Origin: Puniceicoccales bacterium
GTDB taxonomy: Bacteria; Verrucomicrobiota; Verrucomicrobiia; Opitutales; JAIRLM01
Direction of reading: 5' to 3'
NCBI GenBank assembly: GCA_031268535.1
Contig: JAIRXB010000010.1
Coordinates: forward strand, 1-32,000
DNA length: 32,000 nt
How positions within the stretch are numbered: the first letter of the stretch is position 1; every line of letters begins with the position of its first letter. Below, piece after piece: positions 16,375-26,597 of this stretch. Below the pieces are notes generated by a model. That model saw nothing but the letters and a program-made list of their open reading frames with translations, was not told the origin of the DNA and did not search any database. Both the position numbers and the translations under genes were made by a program.

Positions 16375-16752
16375 CTAGGAACAACCGTCCTGAAGCGAAC
16401 TCACTATGGCGCGGAAGGCCGCCAAGTGGCGCAGCGGCTGCAGATGTTGATCTTTTTCCATGCGCTGGGAGTCGTCATAGCCTAGCCCGACGGCGATCTT
16501 TAGGTGTTCAATGGCGAACTGAGCTTGGTTGGAAGCGGCAAATGCACAGCCGAGTACGTAGTGCAAATCTGGACTGTTCGGGTGCAAAACCGCAGCGCGC
16601 ACACTCACCTGTAGAGCTTCTCCAATCTGGCCGCAGTCCAAACACAGCTCGCCGAGCTTTAGCAGCGTTGGTAAATCATTGCCACATTTGGCGGCGAGCT
16701 TTTCGAAAAATGCAAGCTGAAAGGCCTTATCTTCGGCAAAACGTTTTTTCAT
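16375..16752 (-). CDS. Small TPR-like protein (125 aa)
   Basis: MKKRFAEDKAFQLAFFEKLAAKCGNDLPTLLKLGELCLDCGQIGEALQVSVRAAVLHPNSPDLHYVLGCAFAASNQAQFAIEHLKIAVGLGYDD... shows TPR-like helical-pair periodicity. The ATG at 16750-16752 lies 4 nt after the argS stop. The longer track ORF (to 17058) would overlap argS by 300 nt. Confidence 0.6.
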   Translation of the reverse strand: MKKRFAEDKAFQLAFFEKLAAKCGNDLPTLLKLGELCLDCGQIGEALQVSVRAAVLHPNSPDLHYVLGCAFAASNQAQFAIEHLKIAVGLGYDDSQRMEKDQHLQPLRHLAAFRAIVSSLQDGCS

Positions 16753-16756
16753 CGTC

Positions 16757-18601
16757 TCACATCCTACCCAGAGGTTCAATAGCAAGCAATTTGAGTCCAA
16801 TTTCCAGAAAATTCCCAGCGCTTTTGCAGAGGCCAAGTCTTCTGGCAACGGCGACATCGCCCTCTCCAAAAATGCGATTTGCACCGTAGAACGAAGAAAA
16901 TTCCACGGCAAGATCATATAGGTAGGAGCAAAGAACGTGTGGGCGAAAATCCCCCATGGCCATGGCCAAAGCGATCGGGAAAAAAACCAGTCGCCGCGCC
17001 AGCGTTCGCTCTTCGGCCGTTTCCGGCACCGGTCGCGCGCTAGGCGTCGCGCCCTCATCGGCCCCGCGCCTAACGATTGCCCCTATGCGAGCGCACGCAT
17101 ACTGCAGATATGGCGCTGTATTTCCGTCAAACGTAAGCGCGCTATCCAGAGAAAATACATAGTCTGAAGTTCGATTTTGGCAAAGATCGCCATACTTAAT
17201 GGCGCCGACGGCGACGGCACGGGCTATGCGCTCCCTTTCGCACAGATCTGCCACAGAGCTCTTTTCGGCGACAATGCGAACGGCTTGGCCAATGGCGCTG
17301 TCGAAGAGATTCTGCAGGCTCGGCGATTCGCCACTGCGCGTTTTTATGGCTTTCCCGCCGTCGCCGCAAACGGTCCCAAACCAAACGTGCCTCAGAGTCG
17401 GCACGGCGTAGCCCATTGCCCCAAACCATTTCCTGACCGTAAGAAAAAGCTGTTCAAAATGATCTCGCTGGCGACCGTCCGTAACGTAAATAATTTCATC
17501 GGCACCAAGTTCCTCAACGCGGTACAGGACGGTCGCCAGATCGGTGGCGGCGTAGTTCGATGCCCCATCAGATTTACGCACTATGAACGGCTGCTCCCCG
17601 AAACGGTCGTGCTCGCCGTGAAACACAACGAGTGCTCCATCGTCCTCGACGGCCACTCCGCACCGGAGTAGCTCCCCATAGACGCGCTCCACCATTGGGG
17701 CGTAGAACGATTCCCCCAAAACCATGTCAAATTGCACATCACAAAGATCGTAAATGCGCTGGAAAGACCCATAGGAAAGTTCGTTTATCTTCCTCCATAT
17801 GCTTAGGCGGACAGGATCACCCACCTGCAGCGCAACCAATTCCCGCCTGGCCCCAAGCAGAGCATTCGGCGAACGCTCTACGGCGGCAGCGCCACGCCTA
17901 TAGAGCTCCTCGATGCAATCTAGCGCATCATCACCCGAAAGCGAATCCAAGTCTAGGCCCTCTTCGGCAATTTGGCGCAGCACTATGCCGAATTGCGTTC
18001 CCCAATCGCCTATGTGGTTATCGCCAAGAGCTTTTGCCCCAAAAAATTTTTCCATGCGGCAAATTGCATTTCCGATTACCATCGAACGGAGATGACCAAC
18101 GTGCATGCGTTTGGCACTGTTTGGACAGGAGTAGTCCACCACAACCGTGCGCCCGGCCAATTCAGTTGCCGCAGAGGCGGCTCTGCGAAAATTTTCGCCG
18201 TCGCCGTAGGTCGCCAGCCAATCGCCAATGGCCGAGGCATTCAGTTCCACATTGACAAATCCAGGTCCGGCAACCTCAGCGGAAGCAATGGCCCTAAATG
18301 TGCCATCGAGCATCAATTCGGCGCAAAGTTTTTCAGCAAGTTGGCGCGGATTTTGGCCGAAGCGTCCACCCATCGCCAAAATTCCATTGCACTGGAAGTC
18401 ACCAAACCGTCCCGCTGCGGGGCGCACTAGGGGACAGAAATCATCGCCAAAGGCGCACCGCCCACGGCCAATTGAGCCAATTAGCCCCTCAAAGTGCCGC
18501 TGGAAATCGAACGGAGCACCACCCATAGCGATTCTTATGCATAGCGCCATTTCGCGACTGAAGTCTAGTAAATAGTGCAACCCATAGCATTTTTCACCCA
18601 T
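16757..18601 (-). CDS. argS: Arginine--tRNA ligase
   Basis: Class I HIGH region SCPNSAKRMHVGHLRS. N-terminal ArgS-like block FGDFQCNGILAMGGRFGQNPRQLAEKLCAEL...VAGPGFVNVEL. Anticodon-binding C-terminus ...YLQYACARI...L. The true start may be an internal Met (MALCIRIAMGG...). Confidence 0.95.
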   Translation of the reverse strand: MGEKCYGLHYLLDFSREMALCIRIAMGGAPFDFQRHFEGLIGSIGRGRCAFGDDFCPLVRPAAGRFGDFQCNGILAMGGRFGQNPRQLAEKLCAELMLDGTFRAIASAEVAGPGFVNVELNASAIGDWLATYGDGENFRRAASAATELAGRTVVVDYSCPNSAKRMHVGHLRSMVIGNAICRMEKFFGAKALGDNHIGDWGTQFGIVLRQIAEEGLDLDSLSGDDALDCIEELYRRGAAAVERSPNALLGARRELVALQVGDPVRLSIWRKINELSYGSFQRIYDLCDVQFDMVLGESFYAPMVERVYGELLRCGVAVEDDGALVVFHGEHDRFGEQPFIVRKSDGASNYAATDLATVLYRVEELGADEIIYVTDGRQRDHFEQLFLTVRKWFGAMGYAVPTLRHVWFGTVCGDGGKAIKTRSGESPSLQNLFDSAIGQAVRIVAEKSSVADLCERERIARAVAVGAIKYGDLCQNRTSDYVFSLDSALTFDGNTAPYLQYACARIGAIVRRGADEGATPSARPVPETAEERTLARRLVFFPIALAMAMGDFRPHVLCSYLYDLAVEFSSFYGANRIFGEGDVAVARRLGLCKSAGNFLEIGLKLLAIEPLGRM

Positions 18602-18781
18602 TTGGCATTTTACCCGCAGACGACGCAGCGGCTAGGGCATTTTCCACTTTGCCGGCGAAATTCCGCGCCGTAGCGCTACGGCAGATTATCCGGCCACAAA
18701 TTCCAACGCACCAATGGCGCTGCACATCCATCCGCCGACTCCGGAAAACCAAAAGCGCCGCCGCAATTGGCGGCATAAACG

Positions 18782-19876
18782 CTATGATGATTTGCTAATT
18801 TTGAGCCACGTGGGCAAATCCTGCAGCACGACGCCAGTGCCATTGGCTACGGCGCGAAGGGCGTCTTCCGCAACAAATACTGGCAATGCAGTGCGCTGCC
18901 GCAGCAGCTGGTCCAAATTCTTAATCAACGCCCCGCCGCCTGCAAGCACGATACCCCTGTCAACCAAGTCCGAAGACAGCTCAGGGGGACAGCGCTCTAG
19001 GGTTGTGCGAATCATGTCAGCAATTGCGTTTAGCGAGTCGCCAAGCGCCTCACGCACCTCCTGCGACGTCACCTGGACCGTTTGCGGCAGTCCAGTAATT
19101 GTGTCGCGCCCCTTCACCGCAATCGACAATTCCACGGCCAACGGCAGAGCTGAGCCAATGCGAATTTTTATCGCCTCCGCAGTCCTCTCCCCTATGAAAA
19201 GGTTATGGGCGCGCTTTAGATGATTGACTATGGCCGCATCCATGGCGTCTCCGCCAACGCGCAGGCTGCGCGAATAGACGACTCCGCTCAGCGAGATGAT
19301 GGCCACCTCCGTCGTGCCGCCGCCAATGTCGACGATCATGCTGGCCGCCGGCTCATCTATGGGCAACCCGACACCTATGGCGGCGGCAACTGGCTCTTGC
19401 AGGAGAAGAACCTCTCTGGCGCCAGCGTTCATGGCGGACTCCTTAACGGCCCTGCGCTCAACCTCCGTAATGCCGGAAGGAACGGCAACAACTACACGCG
19501 GCGCAACGAACCGCGCAGATCGGCAAGCTTTCGCTATGAAATAGCGCAACATAGCCTCCGTCACGTCGAAATCAGCTATGACGCCATCCTTCATCGGCCT
19601 GGTGGCGACAATATTGCCTGGCGTACGCCCCAACATTGACTTCGCTTCGTCGCCGACGGCGCGCACCTTTCGCGTATCGCTGTAGAGGGCAACTACGCTT
19701 GGCTCATTCAAGACGATGCCGCGATCTCTGGCGTAAACCAACGTATTTGCGGTACCCAAATCAATGCCAAGATCATGGGAGAGAAGGCCGAAAGCTCTCC
19801 CAACGCCACCAAATAGCCTCTTGTACAGCCTTCTCACCATCGCGCCTGCCCCAGAAGGCTTTTTGCAAAGTTGCAT
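18782..19876 (-). CDS. mreB: Rod-shape determining actin homolog MreB
   Basis: DLGIDLGTANTLVYARDRGIVLNEPSVVA..., ...MIVDIGGGTTEVAIISLSGVV... and ...GIVLAGGGALIKNLDQLL... are classic MreB/actin-fold phosphate and adenosine motifs. An alternative ATG lies at 19840 (MVRRLYKRLF...). Confidence 0.95.
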   Translation of the reverse strand: MQLCKKPSGAGAMVRRLYKRLFGGVGRAFGLLSHDLGIDLGTANTLVYARDRGIVLNEPSVVALYSDTRKVRAVGDEAKSMLGRTPGNIVATRPMKDGVIADFDVTEAMLRYFIAKACRSARFVAPRVVVAVPSGITEVERRAVKESAMNAGAREVLLLQEPVAAAIGVGLPIDEPAASMIVDIGGGTTEVAIISLSGVVYSRSLRVGGDAMDAAIVNHLKRAHNLFIGERTAEAIKIRIGSALPLAVELSIAVKGRDTITGLPQTVQVTSQEVREALGDSLNAIADMIRTTLERCPPELSSDLVDRGIVLAGGGALIKNLDQLLRQRTALPVFVAEDALRAVANGTGVVLQDLPTWLKISKSS

Positions 19877-20209
19877 TTTTCGCCGAAAATGTCAATGTTG
19901 TTTGCTAACTTTTCCATGGGGGAAGCACATTTCACGGAATGGCAATGGCCATCGCCGCCGCACCCTACGGATTGTTTGCCCAACGTAGCCATGGCGCCTA
20001 TCATAATCGCTCCGCATGAAAAATTGACCTAGGCGCTTAGGGTTGTCAACTTTGGAATTGTTGTGGGCAGCGACAATTTGAGCGAAACGATCGCATAGAG
20101 CAGCCAGCCAACCCATTGAAGGCCGACGGCGGTTTCGTCGACAACTTGGCAAATCCGCAGCTCATTCGCAGGCAAATTGCGAACCATCCGCAAATTGCCG
20201 CCGCCGCTA

Positions 20210-23200
20210 ATGGATCGCTGGCCGTCTAGTGTTTTATTGGGTCTCACCCCAATTCAACGCTTCCAAGCGGTATTTTTACGTGGCCGATTTTTCATTGACA
20301 GTCTGGCCATTTTGCAATTGCATAGCGCAATCTTGGGTGAGGTCGGCAGGTTGGAGGTTAGCACGCTTGCCAAGGTCGCCATATTGACTGTAAGCAAAAA
20401 CTCTTTTGCGAACGTTAGCAATGCAACTATCGCGCAGCAGCTGGAAACCGTGCGGCAAACGGAGCTAGGCGTGGGGTGCATTTTCGTCCTGATAGTGTTA
20501 ACAATTGTTAGCGCCGGAATAGTTTGGGTGGTGCTGGCCGCCTACGCCGCCTATGCCATCGGAAATCCGAAAACAAATCTGGGTCGCATTAGAGCGCTCT
20601 GCAGCAGTAGTGCTGCCGCCGGCGAGCCGGTCGATGGGCATGGAGAAATGAGGCATCAAGTCGCAGAAAAGGATGGCCCAACTCCAATTGGGGCAGCTGC
20701 CCAACAAAATGCAACCGGTGGCACTAGCGGTGACACTCCAGGCGGGACGCAAGGAAGTGGCGCCGGACCGCTGCGGCCACCAAGTTCGAAAGCGCCAACG
20801 CAATCGCCGCAGGGCATCACTCCGCAATCGAGCGCCCAACAGCCACCGCTCCAGCCAGCACCGGCAATTACGCAGCCGGCCACTACTCCGTCGGCAGCAC
20901 AGCAATCGCCACAATCTAGCGCAGCTGCTTCTCCGCCTGCGCCAACTGGCGGAGGGAGAGGTGGCCCGTCGGCAGCTCCGCAATCGGCGGCTGCGGTTGC
21001 GCAACCTCAACGGCCTCCATCAACAGGTGAACTACCAGCGAAATGCAATGCCTACCTTTTCTTCGAGCAGCAAAACTTCTTTGGTAACAAGTCAAGTCTA
21101 TCCAAATCAGCCCAGTGCGACGAGCCCCCAAGCAGACTTTTCGCTTCTTTTTTGTGTGTAGTTGATTCGAAACCGAAAAACGAGACCGACATCGACGCAT
21201 TGGCGTCATGGCTTTCCTTCAAAATTGAAGACATGGAACGCACCGGGAAACCCTATAAACGACGCTGCATTTTTCAATTAATTTCTTGCGCAATCGCCAG
21301 CGGCAAAGTCTCAAGTGACGGCGTAAAAAAATTAGAAACCGCCATACTTCCAGTTAGAGAAACGTTTGCACGTGACCTGCTAGACTCCTTTGGTGAATTT
21401 TTTGGCAATCTCCTCAAAAACGGACTACTACGTGAACGGCGTCAGTACGATTGGGTTTTAAGTGCTACTAAAGCAGCTACTGAGCGGGAGTTCCTAGTTA
21501 TCATCAGGGAAAATATTGACAATATGGCCGAATTGCTAATCTACGCTAGCCGGTCATACGAAGACCCAGCAAGTGGCGTTGCGGACATAAAACACTTCGC
21601 GAACTTTTTTTCGCGCGACAGTTTTTTTAGTAAGTTGATCAGGTTTTTCCCGCCAAACGACAGAAATTCGTTGGCGTGCAGAATCCTCGAAAAATATGCC
21701 GATTGCGTCAATTGCTCCGACAAAGCCAACCATCCGGAAATTGTCATGGCGATGGCGTACGCCGCCTATGTTGACGGAAGATCAACGTGCGCAAATGTCG
21801 CACTCAGAAAACTGCTTTATAATATTTCGCATGACGCGCACGAAGCCATTTGCGGCAGCAAAGATTCCGCCAAGTTCGTAGCAGCCGGATACAAGTTAAC
21901 TGACGCGAAACTCAACATGAACCGTCTTCGTCAGGCTGATGATGTGCTTGAGTTTCTTCAAATTAACAATTGCGTGCTTAGCAATTTTTTGGCGCTAGCA
22001 ACCAGTGGCGCCATTCCGCAGAATCAGAAAGTTAAAACTTTAGCCGAATCGGCTTTTGCCTTACTCCACGCAGCTAACCCGCAAGATTCGTACATTGGGG
22101 TCGGCTGCACACTTAGTGGCATCGAGTTGCTCGATAGTGCCGATCGCGCAGGATCAATTGAGCTGAAACAGTTCGCATTTGGCGCGGAAGATCCAACGCT
22201 AAGCAATTGCGAAATTCGAATCGGAGAGATAGTCGCAAGTCGCATTATTAACAACGATGATGTGTTTGGACATCCCGATCGCATATTTGGAGCGCGAGCA
22301 TTTTTGCTGCTGCTTTCCACGCAAGTGCTGCGCAAGCTCGTTGCATATTCAAATCACGAATTGGTCACACGCAAAATTTTCGACAGTGAAAATGGCTTTT
22401 TGGCGGCAGTCATGGCTGGCGGAATTTTCTACGAACAGGCTGTATCATCCATTTCTGTCTCTTGCGGAAAATTTTCCGGCGATTCCCCATTTTTTATGGA
22501 GACCATAGCGTCTCTCGATATTCCGTCAATGACAATCGACAACGTCGAGTTGCTAACGGCGCTGCTAAAAAACATTCTTAGCGACAGCAGGATGCCGGAA
22601 TACGATTGCAGTTTCAAGCGGGAAATTGCATCCTTTATGGCCCGCCTTAAAGCCAGGAAAGATGCCCTTGAAAAAACCGACGAGAAGTCTACCGTTACCG
22701 GCATCGCCGCCAAAACCATTGGCGCAATCGCCGAATTGGCAAATAGTCTCGCCAGCATTGACGGCACAATTGGTGACATATATGGTGCCACCTCCGCGGC
22801 TTGGAATGGGATGCCGTGCCGCAACCTCGCCAAACAACTGCTTGGCGCAACAGCCGATCCAGAAAAGCTTTTCGCGGACAACCCGGAGCTCATCCGGGTG
22901 CTATTGTACATTGGAACCAGTTATGCTTCAATACAAAGTGGAAACGATAGAGTTAAATCGGCATCCAAACTTTGCGACACAGTTCTTTCAAATCTATGCG
23001 CCGATGGCGATGAAACAAACAATTCCATGCTGCGCTGCTTTTCTTCGAATGCTCTATACTTTATTGCCAATCCAGTTGACGAAATAAACGCATCCAATTA
23101 TACCGATGCATACGGTAAAGCGACAACAGCATTTACCAAATTACTGGATGAAATCGCCAAGTCGCCCGAAAACCTACCGCCAGTAGCCTTTTTCACCTGC

Positions 23201-23602
23201 GAATGGAGCAATCAGTTTTCACAATTTAAACCGTTCGGCGCAGACTGGATTAGAAAAGGTTTTCGTGTAGCTCGAAGCCGTAAAGGATATCTCTTTTCCA
23301 GTAGCCGTGGTGACTATTCAAAGGCATTCATGAAAGATGGCCCCATATACGAATTGTTTGCGAGGGAAGTCGCAAGCGGTGAACCGCCGGCAGCCAACGT
23401 CGAGCGCGTCAAGTTGGCCTTTGAAAAAGGAATTATTGGCAGGCTCTGCTTTTCCTCCGAAGGGAAATGGACAGGTGGTGACGCAAATCTGCTGATAGTC
23501 ATGCTCACCGAAATGGGAAATGATCAGCGATTCAGTGCCAGCGAATGCAAAGCGCTGCTCGCGGCGCTAATTGACAAGGTAAACTCAGCAAGCAAGCAGT
23601 AA
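20210..23602 (+). CDS. Membrane-anchored Gln/Pro-rich protein, family member 3 (about 1,130 aa)
   Basis: The track ORF starts at TTG 20177; the first ATG is at 20210. The hydrophobic segment is GVGCIFVLIVLTIVSAGIVWVVLAAYAAYAIG (about nt 20468-20563), followed by NPKTNLGRIR. A Q/P/S/A-rich region follows (about nt 20670-21045: ...QSPQGITPQSSAQQPPLQPAPAITQPATTPSAAQQSPQSS...). The remaining unique domain of about 850 aa has no motif I recognise. Confidence 0.8.
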   Translation: MDRWPSSVLLGLTPIQRFQAVFLRGRFFIDSLAILQLHSAILGEVGRLEVSTLAKVAILTVSKNSFANVSNATIAQQLETVRQTELGVGCIFVLIVLTIVSAGIVWVVLAAYAAYAIGNPKTNLGRIRALCSSSAAAGEPVDGHGEMRHQVAEKDGPTPIGAAAQQNATGGTSGDTPGGTQGSGAGPLRPPSSKAPTQSPQGITPQSSAQQPPLQPAPAITQPATTPSAAQQSPQSSAAASPPAPTGGGRGGPSAAPQSAAAVAQPQRPPSTGELPAKCNAYLFFEQQNFFGNKSSLSKSAQCDEPPSRLFASFLCVVDSKPKNETDIDALASWLSFKIEDMERTGKPYKRRCIFQLISCAIASGKVSSDGVKKLETAILPVRETFARDLLDSFGEFFGNLLKNGLLRERRQYDWVLSATKAATEREFLVIIRENIDNMAELLIYASRSYEDPASGVADIKHFANFFSRDSFFSKLIRFFPPNDRNSLACRILEKYADCVNCSDKANHPEIVMAMAYAAYVDGRSTCANVALRKLLYNISHDAHEAICGSKDSAKFVAAGYKLTDAKLNMNRLRQADDVLEFLQINNCVLSNFLALATSGAIPQNQKVKTLAESAFALLHAANPQDSYIGVGCTLSGIELLDSADRAGSIELKQFAFGAEDPTLSNCEIRIGEIVASRIINNDDVFGHPDRIFGARAFLLLLSTQVLRKLVAYSNHELVTRKIFDSENGFLAAVMAGGIFYEQAVSSISVSCGKFSGDSPFFMETIASLDIPSMTIDNVELLTALLKNILSDSRMPEYDCSFKREIASFMARLKARKDALEKTDEKSTVTGIAAKTIGAIAELANSLASIDGTIGDIYGATSAAWNGMPCRNLAKQLLGATADPEKLFADNPELIRVLLYIGTSYASIQSGNDRVKSASKLCDTVLSNLCADGDETNNSMLRCFSSNALYFIANPVDEINASNYTDAYGKATTAFTKLLDEIAKSPENLPPVAFFTCEWSNQFSQFKPFGADWIRKGFRVARSRKGYLFSSSRGDYSKAFMKDGPIYELFAREVASGEPPAANVERVKLAFEKGIIGRLCFSSEGKWTGGDANLLIVMLTEMGNDQRFSASECKALLAALIDKVNSASKQ

Positions 23603-23611
23603 GCTGCTTGC
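23592..23611 (+). other. Perfect 8-bp hairpin spanning the stop codon of family member 3
   Basis: gcaagcag-taag-ctgcttgc. No U-tract follows, so it is not a canonical intrinsic terminator. Confidence 0.3.
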
Positions 23612-23724
23612 CGCATCAGCAGTCGCCCGACGATCGGCGATTGCGACGGCACTTCGCAAATATTAATTTTTTCAAAAATTTCGCTTGCCTATCGCCGACG
23701 AATGGAATTCCTCTGCCACAGGCG

Positions 23725-25419
23725 ATGCCAAAGCGCTGGGCAATTCCCATCTTCTTTTTTGCGCTGGCAATTTTCACGTCATTCTTCCTTTTTCCTCTGT
23801 TTTCAACAGTGCGCGGCGGATTTGTGGACGTAGACGGCAGATTTACCGCGGTCTACCTAATGGAGGCGCTGCGCAATCAGCTCTGCCGCCAATCGTTTTT
23901 TAACTCATTGGCCCTAGCTTCCCTAACGACGCTAAGCGCGCTAGCCATGGCGCTTCCACTGGCATTTTTTTCGTGCCGCTACGATTTCCCGCTGAAGAAG
24001 TTTTTTAGCGCTATGGTGCTCGTGCCGATGATATTGCCGCCTTTCGTTGGCGCCATCGGCATAATGAAAATCTTCGGCAGCCACGGAATGCTAAATGCCA
24101 TCATTTTCAAGCTAGGGCACCTAAGCCATTTCCCAACAATCGACTGGCTTGGCAGACACAAATTTGGCGGGATTGTATTTTTCCAGGCACTCAATCTATA
24201 CCCCATACTCTTCCTAAACATTTCTGCCGCACTTGCAAACGTCGACCCGGCAATGGAGGAGGCCGCCGCCAACATGGGCTGCATAGGGCTGAAGCGCTTC
24301 CGACTCATCACGGCACCACTGATTAGGCCAGGCCTTTTTGCCGGACTCACCATAGTTTTTATCTGGTCGTTCACGGAACTGGGCGTACCGCTGATCTTCA
24401 ACTACGACCGTGTGCTGCCGGTGCAGGTCTACGGAATGCTTAAAGAGCTGGGCAGCAACCCATTCCCCTATGCCCTAGCGACCGTTGTGCTGCTGTCGTC
24501 TATTTCGTTTTACTTCATAGGGAAAAAGATTCTCGGTCGCGATGGCGCGGCAACTGTCGCCAAAGCGTCCCACGTGAGCAGTTTCCGCTCCATCTCAAAA
24601 AAAAAGAAGGCGCTCTGCGTGGCCCTATTTGGGGCAGTCATAGGCTGTTCGATGCTGCCGCACCTGGCCGTTGTGCTGTATTCATTTGCCGGCGACTGGT
24701 TTGGCACAATTCTGCCGAGCTCATGGACCCTTAAAAATTACGGCGCAGCACTCGGCCATCCCCTAGCCGTATCGGCCATTCGCAACAGCCTCACATACGC
24801 CGGCTGCGCAACAATTGCCGCCATACTCCTCGGCACGGCCACGGCGCTCGTTACGGCGCGCAGCCGCATCGCCGGCAGGGGACTCCTAGACGCACTGGCG
24901 ATGATGCCTTTGGCCGTACCTGGCATAGTTATCGCATTTGGCTATTTGGTCATCAGCCAAAGGGGACGCTTTTTCGCATTCCTCAACCCAATCGCAAACC
25001 CAACTGCACTACTCATAGCGGCGTACTGCATCAGGAAAGTGCCATTCATGGTGCGATCGGCCGCTGCCGGCCTACAGCAAACGAGCGCCACCTACGAAGA
25101 AGCCGCCGCCTGTCTCGGCAGCCCTCCGGTAAAAACGTACGTAACCATAACATTGCCGCTCATTTTCGCCAACATACTTGGGGGCGGACTTATGGTATTC
25201 TCGCAGACGATGATGGAAGTTTCAGACTCCATGATCATCGCCCAGAAGCAGCAATTTTACCCCATAACGAAGGCCATCTATGAGTTGATAAATCTGATAG
25301 GCAACGGGCCCTACGTCGCCTGCGCGCTTGGAGTTTGGTCCATGGCGCTCCTGGCGACGGCCCTATTTACCATGGCCCACCTGCTCGGCAAAAATATGGG
25401 GGCGCTGTTTCGCGCATGA
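23725..25419 (+). CDS. Fused two-domain ABC transporter permease (FbpB/ThiP-type, iron(III)-like)
   Basis: About 12 predicted TM segments. Two EAA-loop motifs are present (MEEAAANMGCIGLKRFRLITAPLIRPG and YEEAAACLGSPPVKTYVTITLPLIF). The ATG at 23725 (MPKRWAIPIFFF...) is preferred over the TTG at 23608. No cognate ATPase or binding-protein gene is adjacent in this window. Confidence 0.85.
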   Translation: MPKRWAIPIFFFALAIFTSFFLFPLFSTVRGGFVDVDGRFTAVYLMEALRNQLCRQSFFNSLALASLTTLSALAMALPLAFFSCRYDFPLKKFFSAMVLVPMILPPFVGAIGIMKIFGSHGMLNAIIFKLGHLSHFPTIDWLGRHKFGGIVFFQALNLYPILFLNISAALANVDPAMEEAAANMGCIGLKRFRLITAPLIRPGLFAGLTIVFIWSFTELGVPLIFNYDRVLPVQVYGMLKELGSNPFPYALATVVLLSSISFYFIGKKILGRDGAATVAKASHVSSFRSISKKKKALCVALFGAVIGCSMLPHLAVVLYSFAGDWFGTILPSSWTLKNYGAALGHPLAVSAIRNSLTYAGCATIAAILLGTATALVTARSRIAGRGLLDALAMMPLAVPGIVIAFGYLVISQRGRFFAFLNPIANPTALLIAAYCIRKVPFMVRSAAAGLQQTSATYEEAAACLGSPPVKTYVTITLPLIFANILGGGLMVFSQTMMEVSDSMIIAQKQQFYPITKAIYELINLIGNGPYVACALGVWSMALLATALFTMAHLLGKNMGALFRA

Positions 25420-25530
25420 CATTTTTGCATGGAGCCCTTTAAAATTCTATGGCCGCCAACAGATTAGCTAGGCGGCGAGCCACACTTCCATTAGCGTTGA
25501 CAAATCTGCAGCGGTTGCCAGCTGTGCCTA

Positions 25531-26439
25531 ATGGCGATTGTTGGCACGGCATTAACACTTCTGACAACGCTTGACAGCAAAGCCGCGGAAATAGCGGCGG
25601 AACTTTTCCCGAAGTGCGTAGACGCCGCCAAAGGGGGAGGTAAAATCACCGACAAACATCTCTGCGAAAAGATTAATGGCAACGCCATATTGCGAAGTGC
25701 GTGCGCGCGGCGAAAAATCGAATACATTCATGCGTCGTTTTTCGCATCAGCAGTCAAGTTCCTATTGGTGTGCCTGCGCGCATTTGTTGCAGCCATTTTA
25801 ATTCCAATCAACATCATAATTTTGCCGCTCACCAACTACGTGCTAGACCAGGAAATGGAGAAGCTGCGCCCTCTTCCGTCTGTGAGCGCAGCCAACAAAG
25901 GCGAAAAAACGGCAGCCGCCTATGTGTCCGACAAAAGAATCATAGGCGAAGTCACGGAGCGCTCCGGGAGCGAACCAGATAGCTCATGCGGACCCAACAA
26001 CGGCATAGGCTCACATTACTATAATGCACTGGCGCATCGCATTACCATTGCGGAATGTACGGCAAATTCAGATTTGCCAACGGCATTGGCATTCGCCGCC
26101 CACGAATGCGGCCATGGCGAACAGCGCATTTTCCTGTTGGTGCGATCGGCGTTGCTCATAATTTGCTCCATATCGGCACTAGTTGGCTTAGCGATTTTAA
26201 CCGTATCCCCAATTGTTGGAACCATAATGCTGATAGTCGGCGGCGTAGCGCTGCTAACCGCACCCATAGCGCTGGCCATGTGTGAAATAAACGCGTCGCA
26301 GCGCGGCATAGTAAATTTGATCGCCTACGACTACATCACTACGCGGAAAGATGCCGAAGAAGCTTCGTTCGCACTGCAGCTGGCAGCCACCACCTACCTG
26401 GCCGCCATAGTGAGTTCGTTTGCGGGAATCTTCTACTAG
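25531..26439 (+). CDS. YugP-family putative membrane Zn metallopeptidase with an extended N-terminus
   Basis: GSHYYNALAHRITIAECTANSDLPTALAFAAHECGHGEQ contains the HExxH motif. TM segments follow, then ...EINASQRGIVNLI...DAEEASFALQLAATTYLAAIV, which matches the YugP layout (NASRRA...AAALTYVAA). Confidence 0.75.
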   Translation: MAIVGTALTLLTTLDSKAAEIAAELFPKCVDAAKGGGKITDKHLCEKINGNAILRSACARRKIEYIHASFFASAVKFLLVCLRAFVAAILIPINIIILPLTNYVLDQEMEKLRPLPSVSAANKGEKTAAAYVSDKRIIGEVTERSGSEPDSSCGPNNGIGSHYYNALAHRITIAECTANSDLPTALAFAAHECGHGEQRIFLLVRSALLIICSISALVGLAILTVSPIVGTIMLIVGGVALLTAPIALAMCEINASQRGIVNLIAYDYITTRKDAEEASFALQLAATTYLAAIVSSFAGIFY

Positions 26440-26597
26440 GAACAATTGATAGCGCACAATTGCTCACCAAAGAATTGAATGGCGCATAATTTTTGGCAAA
26501 AGAACAAGCGACACCGCGTAGAAAAACCTTGGCCAATCGCTACAATTGGCCATTATTATGGTCGCCCAGAGAGAAGTTTCTCTCCATTGGCAAATGA

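Noticed and set aside
16753-17058. N-terminal 100-aa extension of the 16375-17058 ORF
   Set aside because: It would overlap the argS 3' end by 300 nt. An ATG with an MKK start lies 4 nt after the argS stop and gives a compact TPR protein.
17177-19639. Plus-strand ORFs antisense to argS and mreB (e.g. 17632-18255, 18714-19223, 19220-19639)
   Set aside because: They lie opposite strongly recognisable housekeeping genes and have Arg/Pro/Ser-rich nonsense compositions.
19877-20209. Small ORFs (19892-20152, 20029-20247 minus) and possible divergent promoters between mreB and family member 3
   Set aside because: The ORFs have no supporting features. I could not find convincing -35/-10 pairs, so nothing is reported.
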